Positions 15,577 through 25,383 of a DNA stretch of 29,956 nucleotides are shown in pieces; the stretch's first letter is position 1, and every line of letters begins with the position of its first letter. Below the pieces are notes generated by a model, which was given only the letters and a program-made list of their open reading frames with translations, made no database searches and was not told where the DNA came from. Source of the DNA: Candidatus Methylomirabilota bacterium (GTDB taxonomy: Bacteria; Methylomirabilota; Methylomirabilia; Rokubacteriales; DATEAO01); contig DATEAO010000218.1 in the NCBI GenBank assembly GCA_035288345.1, forward strand, positions 1-29,956. Direction: 5' to 3'. The position numbers and the translations under genes were made by a program.

Positions 15577-18549
15577 TTAGGGCCGTGCTGCCCTTTTTTC
15601 GGCGCGCAGCTCGATAGCGCGCCCCAGCGCCTGCAAGGCGTCGTCGACGCGAAACGGCTTGCTGAGCACAATGTCCACGGCGCTGTGAGCCGGATCAGGG
15701 TGCCCAATCTGCACCCCCCACCCTGTGACGAGCACCACCGGGGTCTCGGGGTTTTTGGCCTTCACCGCCTCAGCAACCTGCCAGCCGGAGATATCGGGCA
15801 TGCCCAGATCGGTAAAGACGATGTCAAAGTGGTCTCTGTCGAACGCGCAAAGCCCCTCTCTGGCGTTTCGACAGATCTCCACCTCGCTTCCGGTGGAGCG
15901 CAGCATATCGCGGAGCGCCTCTCGAACTCCATCCTCGTCGTCGATGACGAGGATTTTCATTTTTACTTGCGACGGCAACGCCACCGGTGAAGCAGGCGCT
16001 GCCATTTCTTCCTCGCCCACCGGGAGCCGGATCCTGAAAGTGGAGCCATGACCTTCCTTGCTCTCCACAAGGATCTCTCCGCTGTGCCGGTGAATGATGC
16101 CGTAGGCCACGCTCATCCCAAGGCCGGTGCTCCTCGGCCCCTTGGTGGTGAAGAATGGATCGAAGATCCTGTGGCGGATTTCCTCGGACATCCCAAGCCC
16201 GGTGTCGCTGATCGTGACTTCGACCTCCGATGCGGAGACCACGCCCGTCCCGATGCCAAGGCGACCGCCGTTCGGCATGGCGTCCAGCGCGTTGAGCACG
16301 ACATTGATCAGCACCTCCCGAAGCTCGGATGGGTTGCCGATAACCGGTGGGATTGTTCCCGCCTCTGCGTGCACATCGAAACGGATCCCTTTCGCCTGCG
16401 CGTCATCTTTCCAGCGGACCTCGGTGATCTTCACCACGTCGTCCACCAGCTCGTTCAGGTCCACGGCCTCCGGCTCCTCGTCGGAGTGCTGGCGCGTGAA
16501 CCCCTGGATCCGTCGCACGGTCTCCGCGCCATCCAGCGCCGCGCGCTCGATCACCCGCAGCCAATTCTTCACCTGCGGATCCTCCACCTGGCGGATCAAG
16601 AGTTGGGTGCGCCCGAGGATGGCGGCCAGGATGTTGTTGAAGTCGTGAGCCACGCCGCCCGCCATCTGCCCCAGCGCCGTGAGCTTCTCCGCCTGAATCA
16701 GCTGGCCTTGGGTCCGCTGAAGCTCCTCGTACGAGCGTTTCACCTCGACGAACAGTTGCGCATTCTGCACGGCGACCCCGATCATGTTGCCGATCGCGGT
16801 CAAGAGCTCGAGCTCTCGCGGCTTGAACGGAATCGACCGGCGCGTCGCCACGTTCATGATTCCCAGGACTTTTGCATTCGCCTTCAACGGAACGCAAGCG
16901 CACGCCTGAATCCCCTCTCTTGCTTCCATCTCCGTGAACTGCTCCCGGTCTGGGGGGTTCAAGGTCAGGGGGGCGCCGGTGGAGAGAACCTGGAGGCCCT
17001 CGGCTCCAAGGTGTCGCTGGCGTGACAGCCATTGAGCGTACGGCTCTGAGAGTCCGCGATGGGCTTTTAGCGTGACCTCATCCCCGTCCCCTTCCCTCAG
17101 CTTGATGGCGCCAAGCTCGCGTCCCATGATTTCAAGGACCCGGTCGAGCGTGATCTGTAAGAGTCGATCGAGCTCGAGCGACTGGCTGGTCGCTTCCGCG
17201 ATGGAGTTCAGAGCCGCCTCCGCCTCTGCGCGTTGCCGCGTCTCCTCGTAGAGTCGCGCATTCTGGATCGCGATCGCCGCCTGGTCCGCGAAGCTGAACA
17301 GGGTCTCCACCTCTCCCGGCGAAAAGACCTTCGGGGTCTTCTGCAGCAAAAAGAGCACGCCGAGCACGCTGTCTCCGACACGGGTGGGGACCCCGATGTA
17401 GGATCGGAACCCATGACTCAAGAATGCGTCTCTGTGCTCCGGGAGCAGCTGGTCATCGGTCGAGATGTCGCTGATCGCGAGGGGGCAGTTTTCCCTCACG
17501 ATCTTTCCTGAAAGGGTTTCTCCGATGAGCACACCTTCCGTGGCCTCCCCTGGCTCGTACCCATAGTAGCTGCCATAGACCAGCTCTTGCCCTTCCACCA
17601 CCCTGATGCCAGCGGCGTCCGCGTCCAGAAATTTGACCGCCTCTTTGACTATCCAGGAGAGGAGACGGCTGGGTTCGGTCAGGGCCGCGATCCGTTTCGT
17701 AATCTCGACCAGAGAGGTGAGTCGACTCGCCTTGTCCGTAATGGTCTGGTGAAGTCTGATGTTATCAATCGCGACAGCCAGTTGGGAGCTCACGCCCATC
17801 AGGAGATCTTGGTGCGCACGGGTCAAGCCGGGTTCACGTCGACGCCCCACGACCAAGACACCGACGAGGCGGTCTCGGACATTCAATGGGATGCCGATCA
17901 GCGAACGGATCTGCTCGGTCTGAGCCGTCCCGCCCTCTGCGCGATGGCCGTCAGCGACGTCGATCAGGATGGGCTCGCCGGTCGCAGCGACCTGGCCATG
18001 GAGGTGCGCGCCAGACTTGGCGACGGGGTACCGCTCAAGCACGCCTGGTAAGAGGTGTTTCCACGCCACCGGCGTCAGCGCGCTGGTCGGCTCGGACTGG
18101 AAGACCGCTCCGAAGTCAGCCTCGACGACCTCCAACACTTTCTCGAGCGCCACATGGAGCACCCCACTGGCTTGCAGTGGGGTGGCGAGAGCGCTTGAGA
18201 TGGCGTTGAACGCCGCCAAGCCGCGATTGGACTCTTCCCGCTCCTGGATGAGGTCCCAGACGAAGCGAACACTGAGTGCGCCGATCAGCTCCACGGCCGC
18301 GGGCTTCCTTGCCACGAGGCGCTCGAGCACGCGCGGATTGCCGGTCACCTCGATCACGATTTCCGCATTGTGCTCGTAGATGCCTGTGTCGTCGTGAATG
18401 ACCGGGATCCCCAGCACGCCCGCGCGAATCACTCCCGGGGCATCGGGTCGCGGATCCGCGACCACGACCACCTCGATCCCCGGGCGTTTCGCCAGGAGAT
18501 CGAGCATGGCGGCTCCCCCTTGGCCTGCGCCGACGATTCCGACTCGCAT
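15577..18549 (-). CDS. Hybrid sensor histidine kinase: Rossmann-like N-domain, 3 GAF, HisKA, HATPase, REC (990 aa)
   Basis: N-terminal VGIVGAGQGG; three GAF-like repeats ending in QLAVAIDN / QAAIAIQN / MIGVAVQN; GGVAHDFNN, NVVLNALDAM, DTGLGM, FDPFFTTK, DDED, TDLGMP, KPF; GGGAG RBS before ATG 18549. Confidence 0.92.
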   Translation of the reverse strand: MRVGIVGAGQGGAAMLDLLAKRPGIEVVVVADPRPDAPGVIRAGVLGIPVIHDDTGIYEHNAEIVIEVTGNPRVLERLVARKPAAVELIGALSVRFVWDLIQEREESNRGLAAFNAISSALATPLQASGVLHVALEKVLEVVEADFGAVFQSEPTSALTPVAWKHLLPGVLERYPVAKSGAHLHGQVAATGEPILIDVADGHRAEGGTAQTEQIRSLIGIPLNVRDRLVGVLVVGRRREPGLTRAHQDLLMGVSSQLAVAIDNIRLHQTITDKASRLTSLVEITKRIAALTEPSRLLSWIVKEAVKFLDADAAGIRVVEGQELVYGSYYGYEPGEATEGVLIGETLSGKIVRENCPLAISDISTDDQLLPEHRDAFLSHGFRSYIGVPTRVGDSVLGVLFLLQKTPKVFSPGEVETLFSFADQAAIAIQNARLYEETRQRAEAEAALNSIAEATSQSLELDRLLQITLDRVLEIMGRELGAIKLREGDGDEVTLKAHRGLSEPYAQWLSRQRHLGAEGLQVLSTGAPLTLNPPDREQFTEMEAREGIQACACVPLKANAKVLGIMNVATRRSIPFKPRELELLTAIGNMIGVAVQNAQLFVEVKRSYEELQRTQGQLIQAEKLTALGQMAGGVAHDFNNILAAILGRTQLLIRQVEDPQVKNWLRVIERAALDGAETVRRIQGFTRQHSDEEPEAVDLNELVDDVVKITEVRWKDDAQAKGIRFDVHAEAGTIPPVIGNPSELREVLINVVLNALDAMPNGGRLGIGTGVVSASEVEVTISDTGLGMSEEIRHRIFDPFFTTKGPRSTGLGMSVAYGIIHRHSGEILVESKEGHGSTFRIRLPVGEEEMAAPASPVALPSQVKMKILVIDDEDGVREALRDMLRSTGSEVEICRNAREGLCAFDRDHFDIVFTDLGMPDISGWQVAEAVKAKNPETPVVLVTGWGVQIGHPDPAHSAVDIVLSKPFRVDDALQALGRAIELRAEKRAARP

Positions 18550-18813
18550 TTGAGCTCCCCGCCCTCCGACTCGCGGCTGGCAATACAGGCAACGAACTGC
18601 ACAATCCGAAACAAACCGGCCGGAATCGGCAGACAACCGCGACGTTCGCCTTCCGGCCCTAACCACATTTTTCGGCAAATACGGAAGTGTTAGTGAGGCC
18701 TTTGACAGAGATGGCAGCCGGTGGCAGCGATCGAGCAAGGCTGGATTCGCGTTGGCTGACGCTCTCACTGGGGGCGCGGGAACGCCGGGAGAAGCGGGTG
18801 AAGATTGAAAACG

Positions 18814-19686
18814 TTACGACTCGACGTGGGCGAGTTGAATCAGGCAGGGCGTGGCCCGCCAGTAGCCTTTCCGCTGGGCGATGAGGTCGAGGTGAGGCGA
18901 TCCCCAATCTTCGATGATGGGAGAGCCGAGGTCCCATCGAAGCCGACGATCGACCCCTTTCAGATATCCTTTGCAGAGATCGCAGGCTTCGATGAGATAC
19001 CCTTCTTCTCCGCCTTCGGCCGCCAGTCGCACCAGGCTCTTCGGGTCGCGGTTGTCGCAATATGGGCAGCGCAACCTGCCGAGCGTCCACACCCCGCTAC
19101 AGAGGTGGCAGACCAGCCGGCGCTTTCCGTCATCACCAAACTCAATGAATGCAGGGAATGCTCCACAGAATGGGCAGTGTCCCTGGTCCCAGAATTCGGA
19201 GCCGAAGTGAGGGCGCGCCTCAAGGAAGTATTCCTCAAGCAGAGGACGCAAACTCCCGTACGTGACAAACGCCAAGAGATCTGTGGGACACGGGAGCGCG
19301 CTCGGCATTGCCCCGCGATCGGGGTTCCTCAGCCCCCGGAGCAGCGTGGAGACTGAGACGGGGTCCGTCGTCAACGCGAGCGCGAGCCGCTCGACTGCTT
19401 GAGCTTCCGCCTCTCCCAATCCGGCAACGAGCTCCAGCACAGAAACGAGCTGGTCTTCGATTTCGCTCAGGGGAATCTCCAGCGGGGCATCAACGATCAG
19501 CGGCTGAGATCGCTCCCAGCGCGCCCGGCACTCCGCTGACGACCATCGGAGCGGCATGAGGCGGGATTCAGGCCAGCGGACCCAGGCCTCGAGCAGTCCC
19601 TCATAGATCGACAACGAATCGCGCATTGCCGCTCGGCGACCCAGGAGCATCGCCCATTCCGACTGAAGGGGCTCGTAGCGGGACAT
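18814..19686 (-). CDS. fdhE: Formate dehydrogenase accessory protein FdhE
   Basis: CPFCG, CHLC, CPYC and CDLC motifs with GYLK and HLD; within the FDH cluster. Confidence 0.9.
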   Translation of the reverse strand: MSRYEPLQSEWAMLLGRRAAMRDSLSIYEGLLEAWVRWPESRLMPLRWSSAECRARWERSQPLIVDAPLEIPLSEIEDQLVSVLELVAGLGEAEAQAVERLALALTTDPVSVSTLLRGLRNPDRGAMPSALPCPTDLLAFVTYGSLRPLLEEYFLEARPHFGSEFWDQGHCPFCGAFPAFIEFGDDGKRRLVCHLCSGVWTLGRLRCPYCDNRDPKSLVRLAAEGGEEGYLIEACDLCKGYLKGVDRRLRWDLGSPIIEDWGSPHLDLIAQRKGYWRATPCLIQLAHVES

Positions 19687-19688
19687 GG

Positions 19689-20441
19689 TCAGGTGAGCTG
19701 GTCGAGGGCGTTGCCGCTGTAGAGGTTCAGGCTGCCGGGCCGCACGTAGCCGACCACCGTGATGCCGAGCTGCTCAGCCAGGCTCACGGCCATCTCCGTG
19801 GGGGACGTCCGCGAGGCCACCAATGGCACCTCCATCCGAGCCGCCTTCAGCAGCATCTCCGAAGAGATCCTGCCGGTGGAGAGCAGAATTCGGTCAAACG
19901 TCGGGATGCCCTTGAGCAACGCCTCGCCTTTGACCTTGTCCACCGCGTTGTGGCGCCCGACGTCCTCCGCCACAATCAGGAGCCGATCCCCATCGCTGAG
20001 CGCCGCGCCATGGATCCCGCGCGAGGCCTGATAGTTGACCGCCTCCACGAACAGCTCTTTCATCAGTTGAAAGAGCTGTTCGGCCCGGACCCTGAGGGAG
20101 GACTGGATCTTTGGAAAGAGTCGGGGGTCGATCCGAAATGTGATCCCTCCCCCGCACCCGGAGGTGAGAATGCGCTCAGAGGGAAGTTCCACCTCGCGCG
20201 TGAGTGTCACATCCGCCCTTCCGTCCACGTCCGACACCTGGATCTGCGCGATGTCGTCAAGAGACGCGATGACTTTCTCGAGCCAGAGATACCCGACAAC
20301 CAGGCAGTCGAGTTTGAATGGCGAGCAGAGCAGCGTGACGAATTTCTGGCCGTTCACGTAGATTACGAGTGGCTGCTCGCGCACCACCTCGCCCTTGACC
20401 TCTTCCAGACGCCTTTCCTTGAGCTGGAGAAATGTTCTCAT
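19689..20441 (-). CDS. fdhD: Formate dehydrogenase accessory sulfurtransferase FdhD
   Basis: TSGCG, GIHGAAL, EDVGRHNAVDK, STGRISSEM, SRTSPT. Confidence 0.93.
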   Translation of the reverse strand: MRTFLQLKERRLEEVKGEVVREQPLVIYVNGQKFVTLLCSPFKLDCLVVGYLWLEKVIASLDDIAQIQVSDVDGRADVTLTREVELPSERILTSGCGGGITFRIDPRLFPKIQSSLRVRAEQLFQLMKELFVEAVNYQASRGIHGAALSDGDRLLIVAEDVGRHNAVDKVKGEALLKGIPTFDRILLSTGRISSEMLLKAARMEVPLVASRTSPTEMAVSLAEQLGITVVGYVRPGSLNLYSGNALDQLT

Positions 20442-20466
20442 GGTCTTAATGGTGCGGCTGGGCCCC

Positions 20467-20501
20467 AAAATAATCAAGGGGCTCCCTCAGGAACCCCTTG
20501 A
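20467..20501 (-). terminator. Intrinsic terminator candidate between nrfD and fdhD
   Basis: TCAAGGGG...CCCCTTGA stem followed by TTATTTT on the minus strand. Confidence 0.5.
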
Positions 20502-20526
20502 CGGCATCGGCCCCGACCAAGAACCC

Positions 20527-21351
20527 TCAGGTCTGGATCGACATCAGGATGACGTAACGGAGGAAAAACCCTCCGACCAGCACCAGTACGGCGGAAAGGA
20601 GGGCAGCCGACTTGGCGCGGGGCCCTATAAAGTCAAGCGCCAACGGGACGAGAAGGCCGGCGATCACAAGCCCACCCCAGAAGGCCGGGGCAAACGCCCC
20701 GGTGGTGATCGGGGCTGCCGCGGACCCGAGCAGCCCGAGGAACAGGACGAGGATGACGAGCTCGATGATCATCGAGTAACGGTCAGCTCGCTTGACCTTC
20801 CCCCACCCCTCCCCGGCGGCCTCACCACTCACAAACAACAACAGGGAGACCGCAGCCATTCCCGTGGAGGCGCCTGAGGCGAGGAACAGAGCGCCCATGA
20901 GCCGCGCCTCACTCCAGAACGGCTGGGCCGTGACGCTCAGGAGCACACCGGTGTAACTGGCGAGGAAGAACCCGAAAATGATCCCGACCAGGCTCACTCG
21001 CCTGCGGAGGGAGATCATCGGTTCCGATTGGGAAAAAGCAAGGACCGAGGAGACAAACGAGAAGAGCCCGAACACGCCCAGCATCCACGCCCCGATCGAC
21101 ATAGGGTCCCAGAACTTGAACACCATGAGCATGTTGAGGAACCGCGTGGGAACGCCAAGGTCTGCAATCAGAAGCAGCCCGCAGATTATGACGAGCGGGA
21201 GGGACAAAAGATATCCCCACCTGACAACCTGCCGATCTTTCGCCCCTCCGAAATTGTCTGCGATCGCGGCGGTAAAGTACGACCCTCCTGCAATCCCGCC
21301 CAAAAAGAAGTAGAGGACGATCATCATTCCCCAGTCCGGGGTCTTAAACAT
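20527..21351 (-). CDS. nrfD: NrfD/PsrC-family membrane anchor
   Basis: P.W...IVLYFFLGGIAGG, DLG.P.RF.NML, S.MSIGAW, YTGVLL, LFLASGASTG, GGFFLRY; ATG 21351 overlaps the fdnH stop. Confidence 0.88.
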   Translation of the reverse strand: MFKTPDWGMMIVLYFFLGGIAGGSYFTAAIADNFGGAKDRQVVRWGYLLSLPLVIICGLLLIADLGVPTRFLNMLMVFKFWDPMSIGAWMLGVFGLFSFVSSVLAFSQSEPMISLRRRVSLVGIIFGFFLASYTGVLLSVTAQPFWSEARLMGALFLASGASTGMAAVSLLLFVSGEAAGEGWGKVKRADRYSMIIELVILVLFLGLLGSAAAPITTGAFAPAFWGGLVIAGLLVPLALDFIGPRAKSAALLSAVLVLVGGFFLRYVILMSIQT

Positions 21352-22129
21352 CGCCATCCCCTCCTTTGTCCTGGCCGCGCTCGCGAAATGCCAGCAGAGC
21401 CCCGACCCCGACCAGAAGAGCCGAGCCGACCGAGAGCAGCGAGTCCGCAAAGACGTTCCGCTGGGGGAGCTTCGGCTTGTCTGGCAGATTGTACGTGGCC
21501 GGCTTGTCAAGGAGCAGGAAGAACGCGTTCAGCCCGCCCAGAAAGTCATTCGGATCAGCGCCGTACAAGCTGGCGTCCTTCAACCCCATCTCTTTGAGCT
21601 TTGCCACCCGCTTCTGGGCTTTGGCGACGAGCTCTTCTCTGAAGCCGAACTGGATCGACTCAGTCGGACAGGCTTTAGCGCAGGCGGGCCCGAGCCCGTT
21701 GTGGATCCTGTCGTTGCAGAAGGTGCACTTGTTGGCCCGGCCGGTGTCATGGTTGAAGGCCACCACTCCGAACGGGCACGAGCTGACGCAATAGCGACAG
21801 CCGTTACAGGTGTCCTGGTTGATGTTCACCGTCCCGTACTCGGTCCGGTAGATCGCGCCGGTCGGGCAGGCATCGAGGCAGCCGGCCTGAGCGCAGTGTT
21901 TACAAACATCGGACATCAAATGCCACTGGAGCCCGCCGTCCGCCTGAGGCTTCTCCACGAAGCGCACCAAACGGTAGGTTTTGTCCGTAAAGTGCGCATG
22001 ATTCTGGTACGTCCCGGTCCACTCCGGCTGCTCAGCCGGAAGCTCGTTCCACTGCTTGCACGCCACCTGGCAGGCCCGACAGCCGATGCAGAGTGACGTG
22101 TCCGTGAACATCGCCAGCGTGCGGGCCAT
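21344..22129 (-). CDS. fdnH: Formate dehydrogenase beta subunit (4x[4Fe-4S], C-terminal TM helix)
   Basis: CIGCRACQVAC, CKHC...GCLDACP, CNGCRYCVSSCP, CTFC...PACAKACP; hydrophobic tail. Confidence 0.93.
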   Translation of the reverse strand: MARTLAMFTDTSLCIGCRACQVACKQWNELPAEQPEWTGTYQNHAHFTDKTYRLVRFVEKPQADGGLQWHLMSDVCKHCAQAGCLDACPTGAIYRTEYGTVNINQDTCNGCRYCVSSCPFGVVAFNHDTGRANKCTFCNDRIHNGLGPACAKACPTESIQFGFREELVAKAQKRVAKLKEMGLKDASLYGADPNDFLGGLNAFFLLLDKPATYNLPDKPKLPQRNVFADSLLSVGSALLVGVGALLAFRERGQDKGGDGDV

Positions 22130-22131
22130 GG

Positions 22132-25100
22132 CTACACCACCCCCTTCTTCACGTTGCAGAGGAACGCCTTCGTCTCTTGGATATAGACCGTCGGGTCCCC
22201 TACAGTGGCTGACAAGTCATTGGTGACGTCCCCTTTGGCAATCCCGTTGTATCCCCAGTGCCAGGGGACGCCGATCTGATGAGTCTTCTTGCCGTTGATG
22301 ATGAACGGCTTGAGCCGATTGGTCACCATGGCCTTCGCGTGGATCTTCCCCCGCGGGGTCATCACGGTGACCGTCTCGCCGTTGTTGATCCCGAGCTCCC
22401 CTGCCAGCTCGTGGCTGATCTCGGCAAAGTGGGACTCGAACAGCTCCGCGAGCATCGGCAGGTACCGTGACATGACGCCGGAGAGGTGGTGCTCCGTCAG
22501 CCGATACGTCGTGATGACGTAGGGGTAGTCGGGCGATCCCACCGCCGCAAGCTCATTCTTTCCGTCGGCCACCTGCCAGATCTTCGCGACAGGGTTATTC
22601 TGCTGCTTTGAGAGGAGGTTTTTCACCGGCGACTCGATCGGCTCGTAGTGCTCCGGGAACGGCCCATCGGCGAGCGGACCGAAGAACGCCCCCTTGCCGT
22701 CTGTCCGCATGATGTACGCATTGTCGCCGCCCTTGGCGTCGGGGGCCAGAAATGCGTTGAAGTCCGGCACGTCCAGCCCGACCCACTTGCCCTTCTTCTC
22801 TGGCGTGGCCCCGTCGGCGTTCGGGTCCCACCAGATGAGTTTCTTTTTCTCGCTATACGGCTTGCCGTTGACATCAGAGGCGGCGCGGTTGTACAGGATG
22901 CGGCGGTTGGCCGGCCACGCAAACCCCCAGCCGTGCGCCAAGTAGTCCTTGTCGTCAGCGGGCTTGCGCTGGTTGGCCTTGTTCACGAGCTTCCCGTCCG
23001 CCCCTTCGACCAACACCCCGGTGTAGATCCAGCACCCTCCCGCGGTCTTGCCATCGTCCGTCATATGAACAAAGGTGTTGAGCGGCTGGTCTTTCTTGTA
23101 CACCACCTTGCCGTCCTTGTCCTTGATTTCTTCCGTGGCGTAGCCGTTGACTTCCTTCAGCACCAGCTCCATGTTGGGCTCTTTGGGATCGTCACCGTAC
23201 TCGAAGCTCGCCGAAAGGAACCCCTTGTCTCGAGATTTCTTGGAGCCGGCGTAGAGCTTCTGAAGCCGCTTGGCAAGGCTCGTGACAAACTCCGCGTCGG
23301 AGGTCACATCGCCGGGCGGGTTGACGGCTTTCTCATGCCACTGAATCAGCCTCATGGTGTTCGTGAGAGAGCCGTCCTTCTCAGCGGCCGGCGCCGCTGG
23401 AAGGAAGAAGACCTCGGTCTTGGTGTTCTTCGTGTCCGCGGCCTCGCGGTGCGGCGGTGAGGCGGGCGCTTTCCAGAACTCTGAAGTCTCGGTGAGGAAG
23501 ATGTCCTTCACGACCAGCCAGTCGAGCTTGGCGAGAGCCGCGCGGGCCAGCTTCGCGTTGGGGCCACCCACAGCCGGGTTCTGGCCGACCGCGAAGAACC
23601 CCTTGATCTTCCCCTTGTACATGTCCGCGAAGATGTGCTGGTGGCTGTACCCATCTGCAGTGGCCCGCTTCGGCAGCCAGTCATAGCCGAAGTCATTTTC
23701 CTTGGTAGCTGCGTCGCCGTACCAGGCCTTCAGCAGGCTGATAAAGAACTTCGGGCGGTTCACCCAGAAGCTGGTCTTCGGTGTCTCCTTTTCCAAGTAA
23801 GTCTTCAGGTCCGGATGCGCGTCTCGCAGCGGCATTGGCAGATAGCCGGGCAAGTCCTGATAGAGCACCGCCAGGTCCGTGGCTCCCTGCACGTTGGCGT
23901 GGCCACGCAGGGCGACAACACCTCCGCCGGGGCGCCCCACGTTCCCAAGGAGAAGCTGGAGCATGCAGAGCGCCCGGATGTTCTGAACGCCGTTGGTGTG
24001 CTGAGTCAGGTTGAGGGCATAGGTGACCGATCCGGTCTTGTCCGGCCCCGATGTGCCGCAGAAGAGCTTGGCGGCCTCGATGAACTTCTCCTTGGGTATG
24101 CCGCAGACACGCTCCACCATCTCGGGGGTGTAGCGGCTGTAATGGCGGCGCAAGAGCTGGAAGACAGAGTTGGGGTCTTTCAGGGTGGGATCCCGCTTGG
24201 CGTTCCCTTCGCCGTCAAGCTGATACTTCCAGCTGCTCCGGTTGTAGGTCTGAGCGACGTGAGGGTCCGGTCCACCCTTGCCGGTCTGCTCCAGCCCCGT
24301 GAAGACACCGCCGAGGTCGGTGGGGGTCTTGAACGCCGGATCGATCAGGAACGAGGCGTTGGTGTGTGTCACGACGTAGTCGCGGAAGTAGAGGTTGTTC
24401 CGGATCGCGTAGCTGATCAGCCCGCCGAAGAACGCGATGTTCGTCCCGGAGCGGATCGGCACGTGGAGGTCGGCCACTGCGCTGGTGCGCGTGAACCGCG
24501 GGTCCACGTGGATGAACTTCGCCCCGCGCTCCTTGGCCTTCATCACCCACTGGAAGCCCACCGGGTGATTCTCAGCCATATTGCTGGTCGCCATGATGAC
24601 ATCCGAATTCTGGATGTCGATCAGGTTCGTCGTCATCGCCCCTCTGCCGAATGTGGTTCCCAAAGCTGGGACCGTGGCAGAGTGTCAGACTCGGGCCTGG
24701 TGTTCGAGGTAGACCACCCCCAGGGTCCGCATGAGCTTGGTGAGGACATAGCACTCTTCGTTGTCGATGCACGCGGATCCCAGGTTGGCGATCCCGTCGA
24801 CCCGATTCACAATGACGTCTTTCCCTTCTTTGTTCTTCTCGACCTCGACAAACGTCGTGTCTCGCGTTGCCTTCACACGCTTGGCGATCTCGTCGTACAT
24901 CCACTCCAGCGGCTTCTCTTCCCATTTGTCAGACCCTGGGGCGCGGTACAGCGCCTTCGTGGGCCTGAGCGGGTTATTGGAAAGCTCGATGGTCGCCGCG
25001 CCCTTCGGGCAGAGCCTGCCCAGTGTGTGGGGCGTGTCCGGATGCCCCTCGATGTCGATAATCTTGTTGTCCTTGGCATAGACGAGTTGGATGCAGCCCA

Positions 25101-25260
25101 CCGCGCAGTAGGGACAGACACTGGGGAAGACCTTCGTCTCCTTGATCTTCAGGCCGACTGCGGCGGCTTCAACTGGAGCGAGGTTCAGTCCTCGAGTGCC
25201 AACCGCGACCCCTGCGGCGGCACCCGATAACGTCAGGAAGTTGCGTCTCGAGAGATCCAT
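22132..25260 (-). CDS. fdnG: Formate dehydrogenase alpha subunit, Tat-exported, selenocysteine-containing (1042 aa; UGA at 24685-24687)
   Basis: SRRNFL Tat motif and CPYCAVGC cluster. The 191-aa and 843-aa ORFs are in frame across a single TGA reading HQARV-U-HS. RGHANVQG; C-terminal TTYRLTEH. Confidence 0.95.
24642..24684 (-). promoter_or_regulatory. Bacterial SECIS hairpin
   Basis: Immediately after UGA: CTCTGCC/GGCAGAG lower stem, GGTCCCA/TGGGA(A)CC upper stem, GCTT loop starting 18 nt past the UGA. Confidence 0.8.
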
Positions 25261-25264
25261 AGAG

Positions 25265-25297
25265 ACACTCCTTTCCGCTTATGGGTTGGAAGAGTGT
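25265..25297 (-). promoter_or_regulatory. Hairpin sequestering the fdnG Shine-Dalgarno
   Basis: ACACTC-TTCC ... GGAA-(AG)-GAGTGT pairs over AAGGAG. Confidence 0.4.
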
Positions 25298-25383
25298 ACA
25301 AGCCTTCGTTGGGAATGGGACGGATGCTGCCCCAGCCCTTCTACCCCTTGCATCTTCCACCGAGCCATTGCCGTGGCTCAGCG

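Noticed and set aside
18550-18768. 73-aa N-terminal extension of the hybrid kinase
   Set aside because: Low-complexity and not domain-like; a good RBS precedes ATG 18549
21352-21510. N-terminal extension of nrfD
   Set aside because: Overlaps fdnH out of frame; the RBS and family motif support ATG 21351
22132-24663. 843-aa ORF as a separate gene, or fdnG as a split pseudogene
   Set aside because: In frame with the upstream ORF across a Sec UGA with a SECIS
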